Assembly (NCBI GenBank): GCA_964519455.1
Contig: CAZFIU010000012.1
Coordinates: 2,775 to 66,774 of the forward strand
Direction of reading: 5' to 3'
DNA length: 64,000 bases
Origin: an uncultured Syntrophobacterales bacterium
GTDB lineage: Bacteria; Desulfobacterota; Binatia; UBA9968; JAJDTQ01
Numbering within the stretch: position 1 is the first letter of the stretch; every line of letters begins with the position of its first letter. This document shows positions 1-8,661 of this stretch, piece by piece. The notes under the pieces were generated by a model. It was not told where the DNA came from. It did no database searches and saw only the letters and a program-made list of their open reading frames with translations. Both the position numbers and the translations under genes were made by a program.

Positions 1-171
1 AACCAGATCGAACTCTCGCGTTTCATGGATTCCCCTCCCTTTCGATTTGCAGGCGTCGTCGACGCCAAGGCCCCTTGGCTACAGAAGTGACGCCGCCATG
101 TCAAGGCGCACGTTGAGAAATGCACGGGCCGATGTTATGGGGTGGATGTGAAATAACCCAGGGAGGTATCC

Positions 172-405
172 ATGGCAGAATCGGTGGTTCTGTTCACTCA
201 GCCCGGTTGACCGCCTTGTCATCGAGAGAAGGAGTATCTTTCTCAAAAAGGCGTCGATTTCGTGGAGAAGAACATTCGCGAGGACGAGGAGGCCCTGAAG
301 GACCTGCTGGCCCGCGGTTTCCAGAGCACCCCGGTGGTCATCATCGACGGGGAGGCGGTGGTCGGCTTCGATCAGGAGCGGATCGACACGCTTCTCGGGC
401 TCTGA
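172..405 (+). CDS. Glutaredoxin-like protein (YruB/NrdH type), 77 codons, with in-frame TGA at 208-210 replacing the first Cys of the CPPC active site; candidate selenoprotein (UPPC). MAESVVLFTQPG-U-PPCHREKEYLSQKGVDFVEKNIREDEEALKDLLARGFQSTPVVIIDGEAVVGFDQERIDTLLGL
   Basis: The gggagg RBS at 161-166 lies 5 nt upstream of the ATG at 172. The reading frame is continuous from 172 to the TGA stop at 403-405 if codon 208-210 is decoded. The translation shows the thioredoxin-fold beta1 motif VVLFTQPG, then xPPC, then the C-terminal VVxGFDxxxIxxLL signature of YruB-type glutaredoxins. The TGA sits exactly at the first redox Cys. Confidence 0.6.
226..244 (+). promoter_or_regulatory. Putative bacterial SECIS-like hairpin 16 nt downstream of the in-frame UGA: 5'-GAGAAGG-AGUAU-CUUUCUC-3' (7 bp stem with one G.U pair, GU in the apical loop); an outer helix CGCCUU(212-217)/AAGGCG(247-252) can extend it
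   Basis: Complementarity read directly from the sequence. The spacing from the UGA and a GU in the loop resemble known bacterial SECIS elements. No folding computation was done. Confidence 0.35.
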
Positions 406-531
406 CCCGGAGGCCGCGCCCGCGGCCTCCGAACCGTGATCGCCGCTCTCTTTCCGGCCCGGCGGACGGGGCGTTTGCCTGAGCGCGCGGGGCGCCGGGC
501 TCGACGTTCGCCCCGCGCATCCCGACGGGGG

Positions 532-2766
532 CTACGGTTGCGCCGCCCGCTTGGCCTTGAGCGCCTTGACGATCTTCTCGGGCGTGATCGGCAGGTCGTG
601 GATGCGTACGCCCACGGCATCGAACACCGCGTTGGAGATCACCGCCGGCGGCGGAATGATGGGCGGCTCGCCCACGCCCTTGGCCCCCAGCGGCCCCGAC
701 GCGCACGGGTGCTGGATCAGGTGCACTTCCACGGGCGGGGCATCCAGCGCGCTGAAGATCTTGTAATCCAGCAGGTTGGGGTTGTCCATCTTGCCGTCGG
801 TGAAGGTGCACGCCTCGCTGAGCGCCTGCCCCAGTCCCTGCAGGACCCCGCCTTCTATCTGACCGCGCACGGACAGTGGATTGACCGCGGTGCCGACGTC
901 CTGCGCCGCCACGTAGCGATGGATGCGTACGTGGCCGGTCTCCGGGTCCACGTCCACCTCGGCCGCGTGCGCGGCGATGGCCGGATGCGGCGTGAGCTGG
1001 GACACGGACTGCGTGCTCACGATGGGGCCGCGCGCGTGCTCCAGGGCCAGTTGACCCACCTCGCGCAGCGTCACGGCCCGTTCCGGGCTCCCCTTGACGA
1101 ACACCGTGTTGTCGTCGAGCTCCAGGTCGCCGGGGTCGGCTTCGAGCTTGTCCGCCGCCACCTGCTGAATCTGCCGCTTCGCCTCCCGCGCCGCCAGCAG
1201 CACCGCGCCGCCCATGCTCTTGAGCGCCTGGCTGCCCGCGCTGAGGGTGGAATGGGGCGCAAAGTCGGTGTCGGCGGTGCGTACGTGTACGTCGGCCAGC
1301 GATACGCCCAGCACCTCCGCGGCGATCTGCGCCAGGGACGTGTTGGCGCCGCTCAGGTCCACCAGGCCCGTGAGGATGGCGACGGTGCCGTCTTCGTTGA
1401 GCTTGACGCCGGCGCTGGACGCCATGCCGCCCACGAGCCAGTGGGCCATGGCGATGCCGCGCCCGACGTTCTTTCCCGCCGGCCTCGGCACCGCGTTCAT
1501 GGCCTCGGCCGCCTTGAGCAGCGTCTCCTTCGCGTGCACGTCCTCTAGCCGGGCGCCGGCGGGGGTCTCGTCGCCGTCCACCATGGCGTTGCGCAGCCGC
1601 ATCTCCACGGGGTCGATGCCCAGCTCCCGGGCGATGATGTCCATCTGCGACTCGGACGCGAAGGCGAGCTGGGGTCCCGCCGGTCCCCGGTAGGCACCGC
1701 ACGTCGCCGTGTTGGTGTAGACGCAGTAGCTGTCGATCCTGAGGTTGGGCACGCGGTAGGGTCCCGGCGCGCGCACGGCCGCGCCCTGGCTGATCATGAC
1801 GCCGGAACCGGCCGAGAAACCGGTGCCAAGCACCACCTCGATCTCCCGCGCGGTGATGGTGCCGTCGCGCTTGACCCCGGTCTTGTAGCGCAGGTGGAAC
1901 GGATGCCTGGGGTTGGTGGTCTGGAAGTCCTCGCCCCGGCTCATGACGATGCGCACCGGGCGCCGTGCCTTGCGGGCCAGGGCCACCGCCGCTGGCTCGA
2001 CGGTGGGTGACAGCTTGCCGCCGAAGCCGCCGCCGATCTCGGTGGGGATGACCCGCACCTTGGTCATGGGCATCCGCAGGATCTGCGCGATGGCGGCGCG
2101 CAACGGGAACTGGGCCTGGGTGGACGCCCACACCGTGGCCTTGCCCGAGGCGTCGAAGCGCGCCGTGGCGGTGTGCGGCTCGATGTAGGTCTGGTGCACC
2201 ATGGGCACGTGGAAGCGGTGCTCGAAGATCCGGTCGGCCTCGGCGAACCCGCGTTCCACGTCGCCGCGTACGATCTGCTTGTGGCCGCAGACGTTGCCGC
2301 GGCGGTCCAGGTCCGGCTGCGCCCAATATTCGGCGTAGTCTTCGTGCAGCAGCGGCGCGTCGGGCGCCATGGCTTCCAGGCCGGAGGTGACCGAGGGCAG
2401 CACCTCGTAGTCCACCTCGATGAGGCGCGCGGCTTCCTCCGCGGTCTCCTCGTCCACGGCGGCCACCGCGGCGATGCGGTCGCCGGCGTAGCGCGCCTTG
2501 GTGGTGGCGAAGTAGGCCTCGTCGCGGACGAAGCGGCCGTAGCGGACGGCCGGCAAGTCGGCGGCCGTGACCACCGCCTTGACGCCCGGCAACCGCTCGG
2601 CGCGCTCGGTGCGGATGGCGGCGATGCGCGCGTGGGCATGCGGGCTCAGCACCATCTTGCCGGCAAGCACCCGGCCGCCGGGCAGGACGTCCGCGCCGAA
2701 CACCGACTGTCCGGTGACCTTCTCCAGAATCTCGACCCTGGGGAGCTCCTGACCGACGACTCTCAT
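532..2766 (-). CDS. Xanthine dehydrogenase/CO dehydrogenase family molybdopterin-binding large subunit (CoxL/aldehyde oxidoreductase-like), about 744 aa
   Basis: Translation begins MRVVGQELPRVEILEKVTGQ and includes the family motif GGGFGGK. It is a long, non-repetitive ORF. Its ATG overlaps the stop of the upstream 2Fe-2S subunit gene by ATGA at 2763-2766. Confidence 0.85.
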   Translation of the reverse strand: MRVVGQELPRVEILEKVTGQSVFGADVLPGGRVLAGKMVLSPHAHARIAAIRTERAERLPGVKAVVTAADLPAVRYGRFVRDEAYFATTKARYAGDRIAAVAAVDEETAEEAARLIEVDYEVLPSVTSGLEAMAPDAPLLHEDYAEYWAQPDLDRRGNVCGHKQIVRGDVERGFAEADRIFEHRFHVPMVHQTYIEPHTATARFDASGKATVWASTQAQFPLRAAIAQILRMPMTKVRVIPTEIGGGFGGKLSPTVEPAAVALARKARRPVRIVMSRGEDFQTTNPRHPFHLRYKTGVKRDGTITAREIEVVLGTGFSAGSGVMISQGAAVRAPGPYRVPNLRIDSYCVYTNTATCGAYRGPAGPQLAFASESQMDIIARELGIDPVEMRLRNAMVDGDETPAGARLEDVHAKETLLKAAEAMNAVPRPAGKNVGRGIAMAHWLVGGMASSAGVKLNEDGTVAILTGLVDLSGANTSLAQIAAEVLGVSLADVHVRTADTDFAPHSTLSAGSQALKSMGGAVLLAAREAKRQIQQVAADKLEADPGDLELDDNTVFVKGSPERAVTLREVGQLALEHARGPIVSTQSVSQLTPHPAIAAHAAEVDVDPETGHVRIHRYVAAQDVGTAVNPLSVRGQIEGGVLQGLGQALSEACTFTDGKMDNPNLLDYKIFSALDAPPVEVHLIQHPCASGPLGAKGVGEPPIIPPPAVISNAVFDAVGVRIHDLPITPEKIVKALKAKRAAQP

Positions 2767-3236
2767 GATTCCTCCGCTGCCTCCATGACGGCTTGAACGA
2801 TGGTGCCGTAGCCGGTGCAGCGGCACAGGTTGCCGGCGATGCCGTGGGTCACTTCCTCGCGGGTGGGCGAAGGGTTGCGGTCCAGCAGGGCCTTGCTTGC
2901 CATGAGCATGCCCGGCGTGCAATAGCCGCACTGGGCCGCTCCCACAGCGGCGAAGGTACGCTGCAGCGGGTGCAGCACCTCGCCGTCGGCCAACCCCTCC
3001 ACGGTCTCTACGTTCCGGCCGTCCGCCTCCGCCGCGAGGATCAGGCAGGCGTCCACCAGCCGCCCGTCGACGATCACCGAGCACGCGCCGCATTCCCCCT
3101 CGCCGCAACCCTCCTTGGTGCCGGTGAGGCCCAGGTCGTCGCGCAGGAAATCCAGCAGCGAGCGGGTGGCCGGGACGTCCTCGCTGACGGCTTCGCCGTT
3201 GACCGTGACCGTGATGCGGATGCGTGGGGTCTCCAT
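2763..3236 (-). CDS. (2Fe-2S)-binding small subunit of molybdenum hydroxylase (CoxS-like)
   Basis: The translation carries the cysteine clusters CGEGECGACSV and CGYCTPG...CRCTGY typical of these subunits. ATGA start/stop overlaps occur at both ends. Confidence 0.85.
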   Translation of the reverse strand: METPRIRITVTVNGEAVSEDVPATRSLLDFLRDDLGLTGTKEGCGEGECGACSVIVDGRLVDACLILAAEADGRNVETVEGLADGEVLHPLQRTFAAVGAAQCGYCTPGMLMASKALLDRNPSPTREEVTHGIAGNLCRCTGYGTIVQAVMEAAEES

Positions 3237-4102
3237 CAATCCTCGCCTCGCGCGCGCCGGAACGCGCTCCGGACGGCCCGCCGGGTCAACACCCGGACCA
3301 TCTCGGTCCGATAATCCGCGCTCGCGCGCACGTCGTCGATGGGGCGGGCGTCCCTGGCGGCGCACTCACCCGCCTCCTCCACGACGCGTTCGTCCAGCCG
3401 CGCGCCCGCCAGACGGTTTTCCGCGGACGCGGCGCGCAGCGGCGTGGGCCCCACCGCGCCGAGCGCGATGCGCGCCTCCACGACGGTGTCGGGGTCGTCC
3501 TCGTCCAAGCGAACGAAGGCGGCGCAGTTCACCACCGCGATGTCCATGGCCGTGCGAACGCAGCGTTGGAACGCGCTGCCGGAGCGGGCAGGCATGGCCG
3601 GTACGTGGACCGCGGTCAAGATCTCGCCGTCCCGCAACGCGGTCCTGCCGGGCGCCAGGAACAATCGATCCACCGGCACCTGGCGGGAGCCGTTCGCGTC
3701 GGCGGCCTCCGCCGAAGCGCCCAGCGCCACCAGCGGGGTGGCCGTGTCCGCCGCCGGGGAGGCGTTGGCCAGGTTGCCGCCCAGGGTGGCGCGGTTGCGG
3801 GTCTGGATCGACCCCACCACTCGGGCGGACTGCATCAAGGCTTCGTATCGGCCGGCAATCAGTGAGGAGGCGTCCAGGCTCTCCATGAGAGCAAGGGCGC
3901 CGATCCGGACTCCGCCGTCCACTGCCTCGATCCGATCCAGTTCCGGAATCCGTTTCAGATCGACTACCGTGTCCGCCTGCGTCTGCCGGCGCTCCAACTT
4001 GAGAAACAGGTCCGTCCCTCCGGCCAGGGGAACGGCCCGAGGCGTCAGCAGTGCGAGGGCTTCGTCGAGGCTGCGCGGAGCCCGGTAGTGGAAAGGCCTC
4101 AT
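3236..4102 (-). CDS. FAD-binding subunit of molybdenum hydroxylase (CoxM-like)
   Basis: Translation MRPFHYRAPRSLDEALALL...AGGTDLF is typical of the CO dehydrogenase flavoprotein family. It is the first gene of the M-S-L operon on the minus strand. An alternative ATG lies at 4117. Confidence 0.8.
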   Translation of the reverse strand: MRPFHYRAPRSLDEALALLTPRAVPLAGGTDLFLKLERRQTQADTVVDLKRIPELDRIEAVDGGVRIGALALMESLDASSLIAGRYEALMQSARVVGSIQTRNRATLGGNLANASPAADTATPLVALGASAEAADANGSRQVPVDRLFLAPGRTALRDGEILTAVHVPAMPARSGSAFQRCVRTAMDIAVVNCAAFVRLDEDDPDTVVEARIALGAVGPTPLRAASAENRLAGARLDERVVEEAGECAARDARPIDDVRASADYRTEMVRVLTRRAVRSAFRRARGED

Positions 4103-4364
4103 GGTTTCAGCGGCCATTCATCGCACTTTTTTGCGGGGGATGCAATTCGGCCAAGATCCGGGAGGAATGTGGGAACCGGTGGAAGTCTGTAGGGAGAACG
4201 GGGACAACGAAGTGTCCGCGGCATATCTTGGCGGGAAACGGCCTTTCCTGGTAGCTCTGTTGGGGACGCAGCCGGCCGCTCGATCGGACGCGCCGTGATG
4301 GCGACGTGCCCGGGACCGTCCCCGGCACGTGTCCCGGCGCGTGAAGAAGAAGGAGAAGACGTCC

Positions 4365-4682
4365 ATGAAAACACCGACCATTGCCGATGCCGGAAACGCG
4401 CGGCGGATCGCCTCGGCCACCTACGACGGCAAGTGCGCCACGCTGACGGCGCCGGCCGCGGCGGGCGTATCCCTGGGACTGGTGGATTGTTCGAAGGACT
4501 CCGTTGCCCAGGCCTTCGACTACGATGCCGAGGCCATGGAGTTCCGGCCCGGGGCCGACAAGACGCTGTGCCTCGCGGCGGGCGCGGCCAGCAGCTCCGC
4601 CGGGCCGTTCATGTCCCGGGCTCTCGATCTCGCTCCGTGCGCGTCCACGGACCCGGCGCGCAAGCAGTGGCGCATCAAGTGA
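4365..4682 (+). CDS. Hypothetical small protein (106 aa), Cys-containing, with no recognisable family
   Basis: A GGAG RBS (aagaaggagaagacgtcc) precedes the ATG at 4365. The composition is not low-complexity. Whether it really codes for a protein is uncertain. Confidence 0.35.
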   Translation: MKTPTIADAGNARRIASATYDGKCATLTAPAAAGVSLGLVDCSKDSVAQAFDYDAEAMEFRPGADKTLCLAAGAASSSAGPFMSRALDLAPCASTDPARKQWRIK

Positions 4683-4764
4683 GTCGGGTTTCGAAGACTC
4701 GGCGTGGGGGAGGCCACGGAATGCCCGGCGCCGGAATACGGGCCCGGGTAACCGGTGACCGGAG

Positions 4765-5817
4765 ATGACGAGCCAATCCAAGACCGGCGTCGGCGGCCGC
4801 GGGAGCAGCGACAACCCCCGGAACCGTTTCGAGCCCGTCGCCTTCGTCCCGGACGATTCGCCGGACGGGCCGGCGACCACCTTCCTCAGGGACACCTCCC
4901 GGTCCATCATCGCGTACAACGACAGCCCGGACGTGGGTTTCGATGCCAGCGTCAATCCGTACCGCGGGTGCGAGCACGGCTGCATCTATTGCTATGCGCG
5001 GCCCACGCACGAGTACCTGGGTCTCTCCGCCGGCCTGGATTTCGAGTCCAGGATCCTGGTGAAGGAGCGCGCACCGGAGCTTTTGCGGAAGGAGTTGTCC
5101 TCGCCCCGCTGGAAGCCCCAGGTGGTGGCCATGTGCGGGGTGACCGACCCGTATCAGCCCGTGGAGCGGAAGCTGGAGCTGACCCGCGGCTGTCTCGAGG
5201 TCCTGGCCGCGTTCCGCAATCCGGTGGCGGTCGTCACCAAGAACCACCTGGTGACCCGGGACGTGGACGTCCTCGCGGAACTGGCGGCGCGCGACGCCGC
5301 GGTGGTGTTCATTTCGGTGACGACGCTGGACCGGGACCTCTGTGGCCGCATGGAGCCGCGTGCCTCCCAGCCGCCTCTCCGTCTGGAGGCCATACGGACC
5401 CTCCGGGAGGCAGGCATTCCCGTGGGCGTCATCGTGGCGCCGGTGATCCCGGCCCTCACCGACCACGAGCTGCCGGCGATCCTGGCGGCCGTGGCGGAAG
5501 CCGGAGCCACCACGGCCGGCTACTCGCTGGTGCGTCTGCCCTTCGGCGTCAAGGACCTGTTCGAGCGCTGGCTGGAAGAGAACTATCCCGACCGCAAGGG
5601 CAAGGTGCTGAACCGAATCCGCGAGATTCGCGGCGGCAGGCTCAACGACGCCGGCTTCAAGACCCGCATGACGGGACAGGGGATTTTCGCCGCGCAGGTG
5701 GAGGCGTTGTTCGACGGCGCTTGCCGGAAGCTGGGCCTGTCGCGCAGGAGCTGGAGCCTTTCCACGGCGTCGTTCCGGCGCCGGACCGCTCAGCGCTCGC
5801 TCTTCGACGGCGACTGA
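4765..5817 (+). CDS. Radical SAM protein, PA0069 family (spore-photoproduct-lyase-like DNA repair radical SAM)
   Basis: Translation contains CEHGCIYCYA, a CxxxCxxC radical-SAM cluster motif, in the family-typical context. Confidence 0.8.
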   Translation: MTSQSKTGVGGRGSSDNPRNRFEPVAFVPDDSPDGPATTFLRDTSRSIIAYNDSPDVGFDASVNPYRGCEHGCIYCYARPTHEYLGLSAGLDFESRILVKERAPELLRKELSSPRWKPQVVAMCGVTDPYQPVERKLELTRGCLEVLAAFRNPVAVVTKNHLVTRDVDVLAELAARDAAVVFISVTTLDRDLCGRMEPRASQPPLRLEAIRTLREAGIPVGVIVAPVIPALTDHELPAILAAVAEAGATTAGYSLVRLPFGVKDLFERWLEENYPDRKGKVLNRIREIRGGRLNDAGFKTRMTGQGIFAAQVEALFDGACRKLGLSRRSWSLSTASFRRRTAQRSLFDGD

Positions 5818-5829
5818 GGCGCGGATGAC

Positions 5830-6594
5830 TCAGGGCATCAACTCGCCGCCGTTCACTCCCACGATCTGTCCGGTCATGTAGCTGCTGGCGGGGCTCAGCA
5901 GGAACACCGCGAGGTCCGCCACTTCGCCCGGCTCGCCCAACCGTCCCATGGGCACCATCTTGGAGCGTTCCGACTTGCGCCGCTCAAGCGCTTCCCCGGT
6001 GAGGCCGCGGCGCCACATGGGCGTGTCGATGGGCCCGGGGGCCAGGGCGTTGACGCGGATGCCGTACTCCGCCACCTCCCGCGCCACCGCCTTGGTGAGG
6101 GCCGCGATCCCCGCCTTGGCGGCGGAATAGTGGGACGCCCATTCCTGCCCCTTGAGCCCGTGCATGGACGACAGGCTCGCAATGGCCCCGAACTTCGCTT
6201 CCATCATCAGCGGCAGGGCCGCGCGGATGCAGTAGAAGGTGCCGTTCAGGTGCACGTCGATCATGCGCGCCCAGTCCGCGTCGCTGATCTCGTGCGCGGG
6301 CTTCTGCTGGGAGATGCCGGCTACGTTCATGAGGTACGCCAGGCCGCCGAACTCGGAATGGGTCCTGGCGATGGCGGCGTTGACCTGGTCCGAACGGGTG
6401 ACGTCCAGGGTCAAGGGCAGGGCCGTTCCGCCACCGGCGGTGATGCGCGCGGCGGTTTCCTCGGCCTTGGCGCCGTCCACGTCGGCGACGGCCACCCGTA
6501 CCTTCTGCTCGCCGAGCTTGAGCGCGATGGCCTGGCCGATGCCGCTGCCGCCGCCCGTGACGAATGCGCTGTCGCGTTCCATGTCCCACTGCAT
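5830..6594 (-). CDS. SDR family NAD(P)-dependent oxidoreductase
   Basis: Translation shows the TGGGSGIG Rossmann motif and a YxxxK catalytic region (YSAAKAG). Confidence 0.85.
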   Translation of the reverse strand: MQWDMERDSAFVTGGGSGIGQAIALKLGEQKVRVAVADVDGAKAEETAARITAGGGTALPLTLDVTRSDQVNAAIARTHSEFGGLAYLMNVAGISQQKPAHEISDADWARMIDVHLNGTFYCIRAALPLMMEAKFGAIASLSSMHGLKGQEWASHYSAAKAGIAALTKAVAREVAEYGIRVNALAPGPIDTPMWRRGLTGEALERRKSERSKMVPMGRLGEPGEVADLAVFLLSPASSYMTGQIVGVNGGELMP

Positions 6595-6699
6595 GTTTAC
6601 CTCCGAAGTTCCGCTTGGCTGTGGCGTCGAAAGCTAACTAACACTTCGGTGTTGTCGCGGCAAATCTCCCGCGGACGCGTTCCCCGACGCCCTCCGCCC

Positions 6700-6757
6700 G
6701 GACTCCCGCCCCCGATCGGGGTCCAGGGCAAGCTTCCGCGGGAACGACGACCGCGGG
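6700..6757. repeat. Degenerate half-copy of the palindromic extragenic repeat family (module B: CCCGCCCCCGATCGGGGTCCAGGGCAAGCTTCCGCGGGAACGAC)
   Basis: The sequence matches the copies at 49071-49136 and 61081-61125. It is intergenic and divergent, between the SDR and AKR genes. Confidence 0.6.
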
Positions 6758-6831
6758 TGATCCGGTCTCTCGCCGGCCCCGGCTCGCGCCCGCGGGGCCG
6801 ATCTGGTACACAGGCGGCGGGAGGATTCTTC

Positions 6832-7770
6832 GTGGAATATCGTCAACTTGGATCTTCGGGCTTGCGGGTTTCGGCCATCGGACTGGGCACCAATCGGTTC
6901 GGTTCGCCGGCACTGCCGCGGGAACAGGTGGGCGCCATCATGGACGCGGCGGTGGAGCTGGGAGTCAACTTCATCGACACTTCCAACAGCTACCAGGGCG
7001 GACGCTCCGAAGAGACGCTGGGGGCGGCCATGAAGGGCCGCCGGGACCGCTTCGTGGTCGCCACCAAGTTCTTCTTCCCCACGGGCGACGGCCCCAACGA
7101 CCGCGGCACGTCGCGCTACCATCTCATGAACGCGGTCGAGGAGAGTCTCCGGCGTCTTCAGACCGACCACATCGACGTCTATTACATCCACCGTTGGGAT
7201 GCATCGACGCCCATCGAGGAGACCCAGCGGGCGCTGGACGACCTGGTCCGCCAGGGGAAGGTCCGCTACATCGGCGCCTCCGATTTCGCGTCGTGGCAAC
7301 TGGCGCGGGCCAACGTCGTTGCCGAGTTCCGCGGCTGGACGGCGTTCGCCGTGCTCCAGTCCCACTATCACATGCTGGAACGGGAGGTGGAACGGGAGGT
7401 GCTTCCCTATTGCGGCGCCCACGGCGTGGGTTTCGTGCCGTATTTCCCGCTGGCCGGCGGGTTTCTCACGGGCAAGTACGTCAAGGGCGAGAAGGCGCCG
7501 CCCGGCTCCCGCGGCGAGACCCAGCGCTACGTGCAGCAATACATGACGGACCGCCACTACGACGCGGTGGCCAGGCTGAAGAGTTGGGCGGAAGCCCGGG
7601 GGAAGGGGATGAACGAGTTGGCGCAGTGCTGGCTGCTGGCGCAGCCGCGGGTGTGCTCGGTGATCTCCGGCGCCACCCGCCTGACGCAGTTCCGGGACAA
7701 TGCCAAGGCCGCGGAATGGGTGCTCTCGTCCCAGGAGCTTGCGGAGGTCGACGAGATGCTGGCCGGGTGA
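6832..7770 (+). CDS. Aldo/keto reductase (AKR) family oxidoreductase
   Basis: GTG start at 6832 with an RBS ggcgggagga. Translation begins VEYRQLGSSGLRVSAIGLGT and continues through typical AKR signatures. Confidence 0.85.
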   Translation: MEYRQLGSSGLRVSAIGLGTNRFGSPALPREQVGAIMDAAVELGVNFIDTSNSYQGGRSEETLGAAMKGRRDRFVVATKFFFPTGDGPNDRGTSRYHLMNAVEESLRRLQTDHIDVYYIHRWDASTPIEETQRALDDLVRQGKVRYIGASDFASWQLARANVVAEFRGWTAFAVLQSHYHMLEREVEREVLPYCGAHGVGFVPYFPLAGGFLTGKYVKGEKAPPGSRGETQRYVQQYMTDRHYDAVARLKSWAEARGKGMNELAQCWLLAQPRVCSVISGATRLTQFRDNAKAAEWVLSSQELAEVDEMLAG

Positions 7771-7894
7771 GTCGGCGCGTGCCGGGTGTCCCGCGTCACC
7801 AACAGCTTGATGAATCCGCGGGCTTCCCTTCCCGTCCGGGCATGCCCGAGGACGCCTCCTCGTTGGCGGAGGCGGCAGGACCGCGACGGTTCCG

Positions 7895-8374
7895 TCAGTG
7901 CAGGGTACGCATGGAAGGCTTGAGCTCGATGACCGCGATCTCGGACTCGTCGTCCGCAGCGGAGTCGGGCTTTCGTCGACGGGCGGCCTCGTTCAGCAAC
8001 AGCACCACCATGCGCCACAACTCCTGCTTTTCCACCGGTGCGTGCAGCAGCAGGTCGGCACCCGCCGCGAGCGCCCGCCGATGTTCCGGCAAAAGAGCAC
8101 CCGACAGGATCAGGATGATCGGAGTGTGCTGGTGCGCGCCCTGTTTCCGGATGGCCCGGCAGAGCTCGAAGCCGTTCAGCGGGCCCTTGAGGAAGGCGTT
8201 CACGAGGAACAGGTTTATCTCCTGCGCTTCGATCCGGGACAGCGCTTCGCGGCCTTCGTTGACGCCCAGGACGTCGATGGCCGGCGACAGTTCCCGCAAG
8301 TGCGTTGACAGCGCTTCCTGCTGGCTCGTGTAGCTGTCGGCAATGAGAATTCTGGGTCGTACGCTGCGTGGCAT
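7895..8374 (-). CDS. Single-domain response regulator (CheY-like receiver), orphan
   Basis: Translation begins MPRSVRPRILIADSYTSQQEAL with the receiver-domain layout. The six-frame ORF carries an N-terminal extension that I judged spurious. Confidence 0.7.
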   Translation of the reverse strand: MPRSVRPRILIADSYTSQQEALSTHLRELSPAIDVLGVNEGREALSRIEAQEINLFLVNAFLKGPLNGFELCRAIRKQGAHQHTPIILILSGALLPEHRRALAAGADLLLHAPVEKQELWRMVVLLLNEAARRRKPDSAADDESEIAVIELKPSMRTLH

Positions 8375-8661
8375 GGCGCTCTCGTGACTGCTCCGCTGAA
8401 GACTGAAAAACCCCGGCCTGAATCCGTGGCCCTGGTCCGACTCCGGCGGGGCCCTCCTCCCCGGGACTCGGACGCGAATCGCATTCAATAATGCGGAACA
8501 GCGGGTGTCAAGACCTCGACCAAAAAAATTTCTTGTCGAGGAGCAACAATTTTCAGTCATCGGCAAGAAGAGAACTAAACGTCGTTTCCCGATGCGTGGT
8601 CTGCATCGGGACACGAGAACCAGCCGAATGCGGGAGGTGGGGCTACGTTGGCGAGTCGTTG

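Noticed and set aside
172-405. Alternative reading of the TGA-containing glutaredoxin as a pseudogene
   Set aside because: This is not fully rejected. An intact RBS, an intact downstream frame, the TGA falling exactly on a redox Cys codon, and a downstream hairpin together favour Sec recoding. A C-to-stop pseudogene cannot be excluded without the rest of the genome.
120-482. 120-aa ORF overlapping the glutaredoxin locus in another frame
   Set aside because: Its composition is Arg/Gly-rich and it lacks an RBS. The glutaredoxin frame has the RBS and a conserved fold signature.
341-2326. 661-aa Arg/Gly/Pro-rich ORF on the minus strand, plus many similar long ORFs (e.g. 436-1548+, 3115-3888+, 10711-12438-, 12757-14118-, 14010-14864-, 17783-19315 N-terminal part, 31216-32697-, 34281-37157-, 38506-40662-, 58655-60433-)
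   Set aside because: They have low-complexity R/G/P/A-rich composition. Each lies opposite or out of frame with a gene whose protein family is recognisable. These are the antisense shadow ORFs expected in a ~67% GC genome.
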